64,000 bases of DNA. Source: Pristiophorus japonicus. Taxonomy: Eukaryota. This document shows positions 34,910-47,375 of the stretch, piece by piece; the stretch's first letter is position 1, and each line of letters opens with the position of its first letter. The translations under genes were made by a program, and so were the position numbers. The notes under the pieces are model-generated. The model ran no database searches. It saw nothing but the letters and a program-made list of their open reading frames with translations, and was not told the origin of the DNA. The DNA lies in assembly GCF_044704955.1 (NCBI RefSeq), contig NC_091997.1, positions 66,154,001 to 66,218,000 of the forward strand, written 5' to 3'.

Positions 34910-35749
34910 GTCAGGACCACAGTCCTTTATCATTGTTTCTCTTGCTCCAAGTTTACAGCTCGGGTCTAATTGTTGTTGGGTTTCCTGGTGCGTAGGGATG
35001 CTTCTTTTAGTGTCCGTGCATTAGGCAGGGACAAACAGCAAGAGTTTACCACTCCCTAACCATTTTCAATGACACCTTGCAGTGTGCGGTAGCCCGGCCC
35101 GGAAATCGATGCGGTCCCAGCCTGCAAGACCGGGGAGCAGCGCGTGCTGCTGCTGGAGGCCGACGGCTGCGAAGCCAGGTCGCTGATCGCGGTGCGGGCA
35201 GGCAGAGCAGGAGGGGCAAAGGATCGGCAAGAGGAAAGTCACTGGGGCCCAGCAGAGGCGAGAGTCTGGGGCCCAGGAGAGGCGAGGGCCCAGGGGCAGC
35301 ATGGGCCCAGCCCACACTGCGATATGTGGGCGCACTGGGTCCGTGCAGCAGAGCAGGTTTCCAGTCGTCTTGGTTAACCCTTGCCACTGGACCAAGACCT
35401 GGCTCTGTCAAGCCCGTGTGGTGGCTGGTGTGCAATGGTCAACCCACGTTAAAAAAATCCACCCACAGGCATCTTCCACCCTTCAGGATGTAGTTCAGGA
35501 TCTGGAATATTAGGTCCTTCATTGAAACACCTGTGAACTCATCCCTTTTTGGCGTGGAAGCAAGTCATCTCGTCTCGAGGGACTGCCTATGATGATGATG
35601 ATGATGATGCTGGAAAGTGTGTGGTTGGCTGAGTTGTGGCTTCAAGCCCCACTTGAGCACGCAGTCTAGGCTAACAATGTACTGGAGGAGTGCTGCACTG
35701 TCAGGAAAATACATTAATCCAAGGCCGTGTCTGCCTGTTATGGTGGTTC

Positions 35750-36255
35750 ATTGCATTGGAGGCAATTCAGCGAAGCTTCATGAGGTTGATACCTGAGATA
35801 AAGGGATTGTCTTATGGAGAAAGGTTGAGCAGGTTGGGTCTAAACTCAATGGAGTTTAGAAGAATGAGAGGTGATCATATTGAAACATAAGATTCTGAGG
35901 GGGCTCGACAGGGTAGATGCAGAGAGGATGTTTCCCCTTGTGGGGGAATCTAAAACTAGGGGACATAGTTTCAGAATAAGGGGTCGCCCGTTTAAAATGG
36001 AAATGAGGAGGAATTTCTTCTCTCAGAGGGTTGTGAATCTTTGGAATTCTCTACCCTAGAGAGCTGTGGGGTCATTGAATATATTTAAGGTGGGGACAGA
36101 CAGATTTCTGAATGGTAAGGGAGTCAAGGGTTATGGGGAGCGGGCAGGGAAGTGGAGTTGAAGCCAAGATCAGATCAGCCATGATCTTATTGAATGGCGG
36201 AGCAGGCTCGAGGGGCCGAATGGCCGACTCCTGCTCCTAATTCTTATGCTCTTAT
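35750..36255 (+). mobile_element. CR1 3' fragment inserted in a degenerate DeuSINE (35625-35745 / 36257-36490)
   Basis: ALEAIQRSFMRLIPE...RNFFSQRVVNLWNSLP, with SINE halves on both sides. Confidence 0.8.
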
Positions 36256-36567
36256 GCTCAGTTGAATGTTGAAGATTCCATGGCATTATTTGAAGAACTG
36301 GGAGTTCTCCTTGTGTTCTGGCCAACATCGCTCCCTGAACCAGCACCACCAAAAACATCTCACTGCTGTAGGACATTGCTGTGGACAAAATGGCTGCCAC
36401 ATTTGCCAACAAAACAGTCAATGCACTTAAATGATTAGTTGTCTGTCCAGCACTGTGAGATGTGATAAGGCGCTATGTAAATGAATTGTAATTGAGGGTT
36501 GAGGAACCTCTGGAGGAGATGGAGCCCTATCTCACTGCGACTTTCATTCTGTTGAATCCTTGTTCAG

Positions 36568-36701
36568 GCTGGACGGAGAAACGTGTTGAAGAATATTTCA
36601 TCTGGGCTTCCCAAGTCGTTGCTGGCCTTAGAGGAACCAATCAGGCTCTGGAAACGAGCCTGGATGCACTCTTCAAACAAAGAGACATTCTTACTGGATA
36701 A
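36568..36701 (+). CDS. HDDC3: HDDC3/MESH1 coding exon 4
   Basis: WTEKRVEEYFIWASQVVAGLRGTNQALETSLDALFKQRDILTG*; total CDS 543 nt = 180 aa; AATAAA at 36933-36938. Confidence 0.94.
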
Positions 36702-37030
36702 CGGGATTCTGTTTGAAAAAGATTAAACTTCGAGACAGAGGATCGGGCAATGAATGTACAATTGAGTCTATTATTGTAAAATGAACAGTTTTAAGTAACC
36801 ATCTTGCATCGAGGTTAAAATCTTGAAATCTAAATATTCAGAAGAATGCTTGCACTCAGATTCTCTCCTAAGGTTTTTCGTTGGACTGAATATATTTGTT
36901 GCCGCATATTCCTCTATGTTTATTCTGTTTGAAATAAAGGTTCACTGTTTTGTTGGACTTGCGTTCTTGTATCATGTACTGTATCATTAGTAATCTGCAT
37001 GATTTGAATCTAAAGGATTGATTGGAAGTA

Positions 37031-37372
37031 CATGTTAAACCTCCCTAATCTGGAACCCTCGGGACCTGGCCTGTTCTGGATAAGGGATTTTTCTGGACGA
37101 GGGGTGGTCACGTTAAATTGGATAGTACAGGTACTGAGCAAGGGGATATCAGGGCTGTCTGGCTGGGGGCTGGGGCTGGGAGTGCAGCAGAGAGATCATG
37201 GTGGGAGATGGATCCCGGGGTCAGGCCAGCAATTGCGGGAGTCTAACAATGAGGAAGGACTTCAATTTGTTCATGTTGGAGTTCTGCGCATGCGCCACCT
37301 GGTGGCCGGGAGTGGTTCTAGGCGAGGGGTGGTTCCGGATAAGGGAGTTCTGGATAAGGGAGGTTGAACCTG
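37031..37372. mobile_element. Tc1/mariner(pogo)-type MITE
   Basis: TA flanks; imperfect TIRs catgttaaacctccctaatc / gataagggaggttgaacctg. Confidence 0.75.
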
Positions 37373-38699
37373 TAGTGGGCCTTCTTTAAAATGTATCTTC
37401 TATTTTTTCATCCATAAAATTGTGTATAGCAGGTAGGTTTTAATTGGGGGGGGGGGGGGGCAAATACTTTATATATTCTCTTTGTCCAATGCACATGGAA
37501 ACCATCTCCATGTTTGGCTGTTCACATCAAACTATTGAGGAATCCACACAGGAAGAATTTCTGTTTGCCTGATCTGAGAGCACACTGTCTCTGCAGGGAA
37601 ACAGTCCATGTACCTAAATCCAGAGAGCTTAGGTGCCCGTTGACAGACCCAAGGCTGAGGGACCCTCACCTATGCACCAAAACCCCTATCTAACCTGGCT
37701 AGCCTCCCGAAGCCTGTCTGGCTAGAATCGCCCTACCCATTCCAGCATGGACTTGCAGGGTTATGCAGAGCTGTGTGTTGGGAGAATCCCAGCCGCCATT
37801 GACAGGTTCACCAGGTTAAATTAATGAGCTGTTCTGGCTGGTTAGCTATGCTCTGGAATATGTGCCTATCTCACGCCAAATTTGCTGCAGAATTTCTATC
37901 CGCTGATGTGGCATCTTGAACCTAAACAGAAGTTGCTTCCCCTCCCTTCCCAGTGCGGATGGTTTATGAAGTAAATTACTTTACTTTTTGTCCCTAACTA
38001 CAATAAATTCATTTTTTTCCAGTCATTCTTGCTTCTGGATGGTGACTCGCACCTGAGCAGAGATCGACAGATTGAAGCAATTCTCCTGACCGTCACTGAG
38101 GTGATCATTTTCCATCTGTTCGTCTAAATTGCAACAGTGACTACACTCCAAAAGTACTTCATTGGCTGTAAAGCGCTTTGAGCCATTCGGTGGTTGTGAA
38201 AGGCGCTATATAAATGCAAGTCTTTCTTTAAATGGTGTCAGGAAGTTATTTTTTTCCTGAGATGGCAGCATTGCTGAGATCAGACCTTCCTTCATACAGT
38301 GCAAAGCACCTTTCAGCGATTCGGAGCAGCAAGCTGAGCGAAGGTCAACTGTTCTGCCCTCAACTGCCTTCCCTTCGAAGACGGAAAGGTCTCAGTTGGG
38401 GGAGAGTGGGAAGGGCTGCTACAAAATGGCCTCGGTGACCCTGAGCTCGAGAAGACTAAAGGCACCATGAGCGGGGGGGGGGGGGTCGGTGCTATTGACT
38501 GCGGTCGAGCGGGCCCCATTGGCCAGGAGCTGGGTGCAGCGTCCAGGTGAGGAGAGGGTTGGCACCAGATGTGATGCCCCAGTGACCTCCCCACACTCAG
38601 CATCTGGGCTCAGACAGGGAGAATGGCCATGTGGGTTTTGGAGCACAATCTCTGAGAGTCAGGGCTTTGAAGAGGAGCAGAATTTTTAAAAAGCCCAGA

Positions 38700-39080
38700 G
38701 GGGCCTGTGGGAGCTGGTTGCGGGATGAAAGGGAAGCCCCCATTTGCCGGCAGTCGGTGAGGCCCAGCGCGCCAGGTGAAGCCTGAACTCCCGTTGCTAG
38801 GAGACGCGGGGCCGGCCGGCCGGAAGTAGCTACCATGACTCCCGGAAGCGGTTCTCGGGGAAGATGGCGGGCCGCTGGGACGCTCCCGAGCTGCCGGACT
38901 TCGACATCTTGAAGCGGCTCGCGCGGGACCAGCTCGTCTACTTACTGGAGCAGGTGGGCCCGGGGCCGGGGCCCGGGGGGTCCCGCACCCTCCGCCTCAG
39001 GCCTCAGGCCCCGGGCCAGGAACCCGGCTCCCCCCGGGGCCGGGGCCTGTGATTATTGGCCGATTACCGCCCCCGGGCAG
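38700..39080 (+). promoter_or_regulatory. CpG island / VPS33B promoter
   Basis: CpG-rich; ETS-type CCGGAAGT at 38820-38827 and CCGGAAG at ~38842; YY1-like AAGATGGCGG spanning the start codon. Confidence 0.75.
38864..38953 (+). CDS. VPS33B: VPS33B exon 1
   Basis: [30 protein letters not shown]; donor cag|GTgggc. Confidence 0.95.
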
Positions 39081-39129
39081 TGTTTGACCGGACTACAGGC
39101 GCTGCAGAAATACAAGTTGTTGGACCCAC

Positions 39130-39745
39130 TGACCAATCCACACTGACTGTGGCCGGACCGACAGAATGACCCGGACTGGTCAAAGCATGACTGCCCTGAG
39201 TGGACCGTGTACGGACCGACTGACCAACCGACCGACTGGGGCAGGACTGACCGACCGACTATGGTAGGACTCACTGACCGACTGGGGTAGGACTCACTGA
39301 CCGACTGGGGTAGGATCGACTGACCGACCGACTGGGACAGGACTAACCAACTGTGGTAGGACTCACTGACCGACCGGGGTAGGACTCACTGACCGACTGG
39401 GGTAGGATCGACTGACCGACCGACTGGGGTAGGATCGACCGACTGGGACTGGACTGACCGACTGTGGTAGAACTCACTGACCGACTGGGGTAGGACCGAC
39501 TGACCGACCGACTGGGACAGGACTAACCAACTGTGGTAGGACTCACTGACCGACCGGGGTAGGACTGACTAACCGACCGACTGGGACTGGACTGACCGAC
39601 TGTGGTAGGACTCACTGACCGACCGGGGTAGGACTGACTGACCGACCGACTGGGACAGGACTGACCGACTGTGGTAGGACTCACTGACCGACCGGGGTCA
39701 AACTGACTAACTGATCTGCACCGACTGGGGTCGGACTGAATGAAC
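39130..39745 (+). repeat. Degenerate (ccga/ctga)-based minisatellite in VPS33B intron 1
   Basis: Recurring ccgactggggtaggactcactga units of about 23-27 bp. Confidence 0.9.
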
Positions 39746-39893
39746 TGGGAAGGACCGACAGAGCAATGCTCACACAGGGACAGCGCATTTATTTGTCTAC
39801 ATGCCGGTATTTCCGTAGAATCTGGAAGCGCTCTGCGCAGTGATCCCTTGTTTCCATTCCTCCTCCTTGCTAATGGAATCTGCTTGTCCTCAG

Positions 39894-39974
39894 TTGCCAG
39901 GGAAGAAGGATTTGTTTATTGAAGCTGATCTGATGAGCCCTCTGGACCGCATCGCCAACGTCTCCATCCTGAAG
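39894..39974 (+). CDS. VPS33B: VPS33B exon 2
   Basis: [27 protein letters not shown], 81 nt. Confidence 0.95.
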
Positions 39975-39999
39975 GTAGGTGGCCACTTTGACAGCTGAC

Positions 40000-40560
40000 T
40001 GAGTAAGGCCAACCCTGTCGGAACCTCTCCTGCTCACAGCAGTGCCAACATATCCTCTGTGACCAAGGCCATGGCTCCATACCCCTCTATGATCTCTGCA
40101 GCATTCAACACAGTCGATCGTGCCATCCTCTGCCATGGTCACCTCGGTGGGTCTGCCCTTGGTTCCATTGCTACTTGCCCCAGCGCACTCAGCGTATCTC
40201 CAACAATGGCTATTCCTGCACTATCACCTCCCTGAATTCCCCAAGGATCCATCCTTGGACCAGCAATGAGCCCTTAGACACAGGCTTAGCTCCGCTACGT
40301 TTCTCAGTCCCACAACCAGACTGATATTAAGTCATGGATGAGCTGGAATTTCTTTGCAGTGCCAAAAACTCTGCACCCTTGCCATCAACTCCGTCCCCCT
40401 GCTAGACTGCTCGCTCAGGTCTGCGTGCAGCTTTGGGGTTCTCTTCAACCCACAGCTGAGTTTCAAACCCCACATCCTATCCGCTGCCAATACTGCTTAC
40501 TGCCAACCCTGCACTGTTGCTGGCATCCCCCCCTCCCCCCACTGCTGCCAAAACCTTTAT
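40000..40560 (+). mobile_element. Old L2 RT fragment
   Basis: gatctctgcagcattcaacacagtcgat (degenerate DLSAAFDTVDH) and ccccaaggatccatccttgg (PQGS.LG). Confidence 0.55.
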
Positions 40561-41147
40561 CCTTGTCTTTAGATGGCAACCCAGCGCAGCACTGATGGGG
40601 TGCAGCTCAGCCTACAGTGCGGTCCTTTGGATGAGATGTTTACCTGAAATCCTGTCCAGGTACATGTTGGCGATCCCTCGGTACTGGTGATAGAAGAGCA
40701 GGGAGGCTTTCCCGGGGTCCTGGCCAACATCGACCAACACCAACAAAACAACTAACCAACCGGCGATACAGCTCATTGCAGTGTCGGTGCTGTTGTACAA
40801 GGGCTGCCGTGTTTGCCTAATTCACAATAGTTATTTCACTCTAAAGTAAATCTTCGTATGAAGCACATTGAGTGACCCGATGGGGCTCTACTAGCAGGCC
40901 ACTCAAGTGCAAGTATTTATTTAAGGGGCAGAGGGGCTTACATTTCAAATGGGGCACCATCTGAATCAGTGAAGTGCCTCCTCTCTTTAGGTGCTGATGA
41001 TTCTGCCGTAAGTTTCCAGCATTTTATGTTTTTGTTTCAACTTGAATTTAGTTTGTTGTTAGTGATTTTGATGCTCAATTGAATAAAATGTTGAGCCGTG
41101 ATCTGGAGCGAGATGGTCGCTGACTATTTTCTCTGTTTGCTTTACAG

Positions 41148-41209
41148 CAACATGATGTGGAGAAGCTGTACAAGTTGGAAAATAAACCCGTTCAAGGAGT
41201 CAGTGACCA
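41148..41209 (+). CDS. VPS33B: VPS33B exon 3
   Basis: QHDVEKLYKLENKPVQGVSDQ, 62 nt, GTgagt donor. Confidence 0.93.
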
Positions 41210-41227
41210 GTGAGTATTACTGTGCAT

Positions 41228-42320
41228 GAGGGAGGGAGAGGATTGGTGTGGGGAGGGGGAAGGGAGAGGATTGGTGTGGGGGGTGGGGGAGGGAGAGGAT
41301 TGGTGTGGGGAGGGGGAAGGGAGAGGATTGGTGTGGGGGGTGGGGGAGGGAGAGGATTGGTGTGGGGGGTGGGGGAGGGAGAGGATTGGTGTGGGGGGTG
41401 GGGGAGGGAGAGGATTGGTGTGGGGAGGGGGAAGGGAGAGGATTGGTGTGGGGAGGGGGAAGGGAGAGGATTGGTGTGGGGGGTGGGGGAGGGAGAGGAT
41501 TGGTGTGGGGGGTGGGGGAGGGAGAGGATTGGTGTGGGGGAGGAGGGGAGGGAGAGGATTGGTGTGGGGGGTGGGGGAGGGAGAGGATTGGTGTGGGGGA
41601 GGAGGGGAGGGAGAGGATTGGTGTGGGGGGTGGGGAAGGGAGAGGATTGGTGTGGGGAGGGGGAGGGAGAGGATTGGTGTGGGGAGGGGGAAGGGAGAGG
41701 ATTGGTGTGGGGAGGGGGAAGGGAGAGGATTGGTGTGGGGGCGGGGAGGAGGAGAGGATTGGTGTGGGGGGGAAGGAGAGGATTGTTGTGGAGGGGAGGG
41801 GAGGATTGATGGGGGAGGAGCGAAGGGGAGGATTGATGGGGGGAGGGGAGGATTGGTGTGTGGGGGAGAGTCGGTGCATAAGGGTGGGGGGGCTGTGGGG
41901 GGAGGGAGGAGAGGATTGGTGTGGGGGAGGAGGGGAGGGAGAGGATTGGTGTGGGGTGGGGAGGGAGAGGATTGGTGTGGGGGGTGGGGGAGGGAGAGGA
42001 TTGGTGTGGGGAGGGGGAGGGAGAGGATTGGTGTGGGGAGGGGGAAGGGAGAGGATTGGTGTGGGGGCGGGGAGGAGGAGAGGATTGGTGTGAGGGGGGA
42101 AGGAGAGGATTGTTGTGGAGGGGAGGGGAGGATTGATGGGGGAGGAGCGAAGGGGAGGATTGATGGGGGGAGGGGAGGATTGGTGTGTCGGGGAGAGTCG
42201 GTGCATAAGGGTGGTGGGGGGCTGTGGGGGGAGGGAGGAGAGGATTGGTGTGGGGGTCGGTGGTGGGGGGGAGGGTCGGGAGGGGAGGGGAGGGGAGGGG
42301 AGAGGAGAGGAGAGGAGCAG
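41228..42320 (+). repeat. G-rich minisatellite
   Basis: gagaggattggtgtggggg...gggaggga units of about 30 bp; begins ~18 bp after the exon 3 donor. Confidence 0.95.
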
Positions 42321-42418
42321 TAAGTATCAGTCAGTGGTGAGACTGCCGATGGTGTGATGTGGGTTTGACAGTTAGACCTGTCTCCTGTTTATTGTGTTGT
42401 ATCTATTGTCTTTGACAG

Positions 42419-42468
42419 GCTGTGTTTTCTGATCCGGCCTCGGATTGCCAGCGTGAAGCATATTGCAG
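42419..42468 (+). CDS. VPS33B: VPS33B exon 4
   Basis: LCFLIRPRIASVKHIA, 50 nt. Confidence 0.93.
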
Positions 42469-43244
42469 GTAGGGGAGCTTGCACACTGCACTAATCGTGT
42501 GTGTGTGAAAAATCACCTCGTGTAAATTACACTACCAGATTGGGTGGGTTCAGAGAAAGGGTAAAAGTGATTATAAGTGTAATATAATGTAAAGTGAAGA
42601 CCAGGGAAGTCTGCGGTTCAGTCCGTGCTCTGTGTGCTGTGTTAACTGGTCTCACCTGGGCATTGACGGGGGCTCTACACTTGAACACAGCTCCCCGGCA
42701 CTCCTGAGGAAAACTGTGTGTAATGGGACGCTGGATTTCGCTGTGCCGCCCCCTCCCACAGTTGAATACCCTGCCAATACTCCGTGTTCACACATGAGGA
42801 GCAACTTGGATGAGATGCTGCAATGCTGCCAGTACCCCAAGTCAGAAAACAAGGAAAGTAAAAACAAAGTTTTTCTCCTCTCTCTTCCTTTTTTTGTTCC
42901 ATGAGCTAATCCTGAGCCCAGACCTGTGGCTGGCCACTAACAAATGCACAACGGTGTTTTGGAGTGATTAGTTCCCAGAGTTTTCTTTCACAATCTGCAG
43001 AAAAACGCCTGGTAGCTACCTCAAAGTCACTTTGGAGTTTGGGAGTGGACTTTGGAAGAGATTCAGAGCTTCAGTTCCACAACTTACCACAAGGTGGAGC
43101 AGTGTGTTAGTGCACCAATATACTGCACCAAACAAGTCTCCACACACACTTAAAGGAAACCCAAGGTTAAGTAGAATAATAAAACAAGTGCAGTTATCTG
43201 GAATTATACACAATAGCTTCATGGCCCAGCCTGCGCCCTAAGAA

Positions 43245-43550
43245 AGAACAAACTTGCATTTCTACAGCGCCTTTCACAACCTAGTTGTGTCCCAAAGTGC
43301 TTCGCAATGAAGTACATTTGGAGTGTAGTCACTGTTGTAACGTAGGAAATGCAGCAGCCAACTTGCGCACAGCAAGCTCCCACCAACAGCAATGTGATAA
43401 TGACCAGATCATCTGTTTTGGTTGAGGGATAAATATTGGCCAGGGACACTGGGGAGAACTCCCTTACTCTTCTTCGAAATAGTGCCGTGGGATTTTTTAC
43501 ATCCACCTGAGGGAGCAAACAGGGCTTTGGTTTAACGTCTCATCCGAAAG
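43245..43550 (-). mobile_element. DeuSINE fragment
   Basis: Reverse Deu core and tail. Confidence 0.8.
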
Positions 43551-43778
43551 CTGTTAAATCTGCTCACGTGATTGATTGACAGACCTCATGAATATGGTTA
43601 ATTGTAGAAATATAAGAATAATCCAGTTGGGTGATGAGCTTCTTTTCCCTGCATTTACTTAAATACTTTTTCAATTAAAAAAATTAATTGGTATGGGGAC
43701 GTTGCTTGGCCCCTGTGTCGATAAACGCTGGGTTCGCGTTACAGATGGCGCGTGACCCTCTCCTCTTTCTCCTTCCAG

Positions 43779-43846
43779 AGATCGTCAACGCCGACAAAGG
43801 TGCCGCCAGGCTGCGGAAATACAAGATCATATTCACTCCTCAAAAG
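43779..43846 (+). CDS. VPS33B: VPS33B exon 5
   Basis: EIVNADKGAARLRKYKIIFTPQK, 68 nt. Confidence 0.93.
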
Positions 43847-44011
43847 GTTAACGGATGGGACAGCGAAGTCCTTGGGTCGAGAAGGGTCGGGTCGGAGCAG
43901 AGCAGAGCAGGGTGTGATAGAGAAACAGATACCCGACAGACTGGGGAGTTGGCAGGTTAAATTCCCAGACCCTGCTGACTGGCTGACTTCAATCAAGGCA
44001 GCAGTTTGATG

Positions 44012-44385
44012 GAAAGATCTTGCATTTCTATAGCGTCTCTCACAACCTTGGGACGTCCCAAAGGCTTTTCAGCCAATGAAATACTGTTTGAAGTGTAATC
44101 ACTGTTGTAAAGTAGGAAACACGGCAGCCAATTTGTGCACAGCAAGCTCCCACAAACAGCAATGTGATAATGCCTAAAGATAATCTTTCTTTAGTGATGT
44201 TGGTTGAGGGATAAATATAAACTAGGATAACCAACTTGCTCTTCTTCAAAATAGTGCTGTGGGATCTTTTACGTCTACCTGAGAGAGCAGATGGGGCCTC
44301 AGTTTAACGTCTCATCTGAAAGATGGCACCCTCCGACAGTGCAGCACTTCTTCAGTACTGCACTGGGAGTGTCGGTCTAGATTTG
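44012..44385 (-). mobile_element. DeuSINE fragment
   Basis: Reverse Deu core and tail, single internal unit. Confidence 0.8.
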
Positions 44386-44714
44386 GAAATATGTCGTTGT
44401 TCCTTCATCGTCACTGGGTCACAATCCTGTAACTCCCTGCCTAACAGCACTGTGGGAGCACCTTCACCACACGGACTGCAGCGGTTCAAGGAGATGGCTC
44501 ACCACCACCTTCTCAAGGGGCAATTAGGGACGGGCAATAAATGCCGGCCTTGTCAGCGACGCCCACATCCCGAGAATGAAATTTAAAAAATGTGTCTTGA
44601 CAGTAATCTGATACGGGACCAGTGCCCAGTGTGTGTGCCCCCGGCAGTATGGAATTGTCTGGGCTGTGAGTGTGGTGCTGGAAATAAGCAGTAAAACCTC
44701 TCCTTGTTTTTCAG

Positions 44715-44760
44715 TTCTTCATGTGTGAGACCGTGCTGGAGGAGCAGGGGATCTTTGGAG
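44715..44760 (+). CDS. VPS33B: VPS33B exon 6
   Basis: FFMCETVLEEQGIFG, 46 nt. Confidence 0.93.
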
Positions 44761-45070
44761 GTAAGCACCTTTTCATTTTTGTTTTTCCGAATTTATGATG
44801 CGTGTTATCTTGACTCGGTGGGCAGCACACTTGTCTCTGGGAAGGAAGTTTGTGGGTTCAAGCTCTGTGTCAATGTGAGGACTCGGCTGACACTCCCAGT
44901 GCTGAGGGAGCGCTGCGCTGTCAGAGGTGCCGTCTTTCGGATGAGACGCTAAACCGAGGCCTAGTTTTCCCATTCCCGTGTTTCAGGTCATTAAGTCGCT
45001 ATAATGCTGTTGAAGGAAGAGCAAGGGATTTTCCCGGTGCCCCGACCAACATTTCACCATCGACCAAAAC

Positions 45071-45367
45071 TGTTATATATGCAGGCTATAGAGACTGTGT
45101 AGTCACTGTGTAGTTGCACAAGATGGAGACGTGTTACCTGACGTACTATCAGTAATGTTTACACTGTGTATATACATGCTGGCACCACTAGAGGGTGCAA
45201 CTGGTGGAGACCGGGGTTTCCTGCCCTGGTGGCAGGGGCTGTGTAAAAGGGGAGCCACCATGCGGCTGCCTCACTCTGGAGTTAAGAATACAGGACCACG
45301 GTCACTACAGTTTGAGTACAACACATTGCCTCGTGGAGTCATTCATAGGTACGCTACAAACATAATA
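45071..45367 (+). mobile_element. Solo LTR, family A, nested in a DeuSINE (44810-45550)
   Basis: Homologous along its length to 16256-16561; flanks aaaac/taaac. Confidence 0.78.
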
Positions 45368-45689
45368 TAAACCACCAAAAAAAGCCCAGTTTAAAAAAAA
45401 AATGGTCAATCCTCTCCTGGATGTTTGTGGGATCGTACTGTGTGCAGAATGGCTGCCCGACACCGGACTTAAAAATGTATTGATTGCGTGTGACGTGTTT
45501 GCGATCTTTCTAAGCGATGTGATAAGCGGCTATGCAAATGCGTCTCTTTTGTTTCTCCACCCCCCCCCCCCCCCATTGCAAAGGCTGCTCAAGGAGGGGA
45601 ATTTGGGCAGCCACTGCCTTTCATTCACTCGGCCAATAAAACAGACCTTGCGTTTTCTCCAGCATGGCGGAGTAGAGAGTGTAGAAAGA

Positions 45690-46065
45690 GCTTGCCGTTA
45701 CATTGTGCCTTTCATAGCCTCATGACGTCCTAGAGGGCTTTTTGAAGTGTAGACACTGTTGCGGTGAAGGCAAACGCAGCGCACTGCAAGATCCCGCAAG
45801 CTGCCATAAGAAGTGACCAGATAACCTGCTTCAGAGATGTGGTTGAGGTGTAAAATTTGGTAATGACTCGCCCTGCTCTTCGAAATAGTGGCCGGGGTAT
45901 ATCTTACGTCCACTTGAGGGGGCAGATGGCGCCTTGGTTTAACATCTCATCCAAAAGGTGGCACCTCCGCACTGCATGGGGAGTGTCGGCCTAGAGTTTT
46001 GAGCTCAAGTCGGGACTTGAACCCACAACCTTCTGACTCGGAGGCGAGGGTGATACAACTGACAC
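45690..46065 (-). mobile_element. DeuSINE
   Basis: Reverse tail, core and tRNA-like head. Confidence 0.75.
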
Positions 46066-46485
46066 TTAATAAATAAATAAATATATAATGCATGTACTGT
46101 ATAAAATCTTTCCATCAACTTTTTCTATTGTAGATTCCTACTTCCACATTTATAATGCAGCGCTACCTCTGGTGGGACGGTGCAAGTACAGTGTGACATG
46201 TTTTCATAGATATAAATATGATCAAAAAAAATACAAGGGCTAAATGTATGACTTGACAGTAGGGACGTGATTAAGCCTGCAGACCCTGGTCGGATCATTC
46301 CCCCGCCCTCTAGCACCTGCATCATCTAAAGACTACACATGTCCCCGACTGTCTGTTTGCAAAACTACGGAAAATTGACATGTCAAGCTTGAAAGGGGCT
46401 TGGTACCGGGAAAAGGGAGCAAATGGGAAACAAGTTATTGAGTAGTTTATCTAATTAGTTTATGCTTCATTTTGTCTGATTTCAG

Positions 46486-46580
46486 ACATTACCTTTGACG
46501 AGTGGGCCTTTTACCTGCTGCCACTGGATGATGACCTCATCAGCTTGGAGTTGCCCGAGTTTTTCCGTGACTATTTTTTG
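46486..46580 (+). CDS. VPS33B: VPS33B exon 7
   Basis: [32 protein letters not shown] (Sec1 family motif), 95 nt. Confidence 0.95.
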
Positions 46581-46642
46581 GTAAGTGGCGGGTTTTTGCG
46601 CTTACGGCCCTGCAGGTCGTTCCAGCTAATTCCCGTCTCGGC

Positions 46643-47375
46643 AACAACAACAACTTGCGCCTTTAACGCAGTAAAACGTCCCAAGGTGCTTTACAGCCAA
46701 CAAAGTATTTTTTAAAGTGTAAGTACTATTGTAGGAAACGCGGCAGCCAATTTGCGCACAGCAAGCTCCCACAAATAGCCATGTGCTAACCAGATTATCT
46801 GTTTTTTTTGTTATGCTAATTGAGGGATAAATATTGGCCCCAGGACACCGGGGAGAACTCCCCCGCTCTTCTTTGAAATAGTGCCAGGGGATCTTTTACA
46901 TCCACCTGAGAGAGCAGACGGGGCCTCGGTTTAATGTCTCATCCGAAAGATGGCACCTCCGACAGCGCAGCACTCCCTCAGCACTGCCCCTCCGACAGTG
47001 CGGAGCTCCCTCAGCACTGCCCCTCCGACAGTGCGGCGCTCCCTCAGCACTGCCCCTCCGACAGTGCGGCGCTCCCTCAGCACTGCCCCTCCGACAGTGC
47101 GGCGCTCCCTCAGCACTGCCCCTCCGACAGTGCGGCGCTCCCTCAGCACTGCCCCTCCGACAGTGCGGCACTCCCTCAGCACTGCCCCTCCGACAGTGCG
47201 GCACTCCCTCAGCACTGCCCCTCCGACAGTGCGGCGCTCCCTCAGCACTGCCCCTCCGACAGTGCGGCGCACCCTCAGTACTGCACTAGTAGTGTAGGCC
47301 TGGATTATGTGCTCAAGTCTCTAGATGAGGGCTTGAACCCATGACTTTCTGTGAGTGCTACCCACTGAGCCACGA
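46643..47375 (-). mobile_element. DeuSINE with 10 internal 33-bp units (46956-47283)
   Basis: (ctccctcagcactgcccctccgacagtgcggcg)n; this array explains the repetitive ORFs here. Confidence 0.88.

Noticed and set aside
34361-34933. Minus-strand ORFs with RVISQG / SGSGYI repeats
   Set aside because: 18-bp VNTR plus the antisense of HDDC3 exon 3.
31697-36701. HDDC3 as a horizontally acquired bacterial SpoT/stringent-response gene
   Set aside because: MESH1 is a standard metazoan gene and has spliceosomal introns here.
41210-42357. Gly/Pro-rich 200-365 aa ORFs
   Set aside because: Products of the G-rich minisatellite inside VPS33B intron 3.
46157-46176. Isolated CTCF-like word gcagcgctacctctggtggg
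   Set aside because: Single imperfect match; cannot be told from chance without PWM scoring or ChIP data.
46896-47344. 11-aa-repeat ORFs (also at 19041-19451 and 22307-22858)
   Set aside because: 33-bp SINE VNTR read in several frames.
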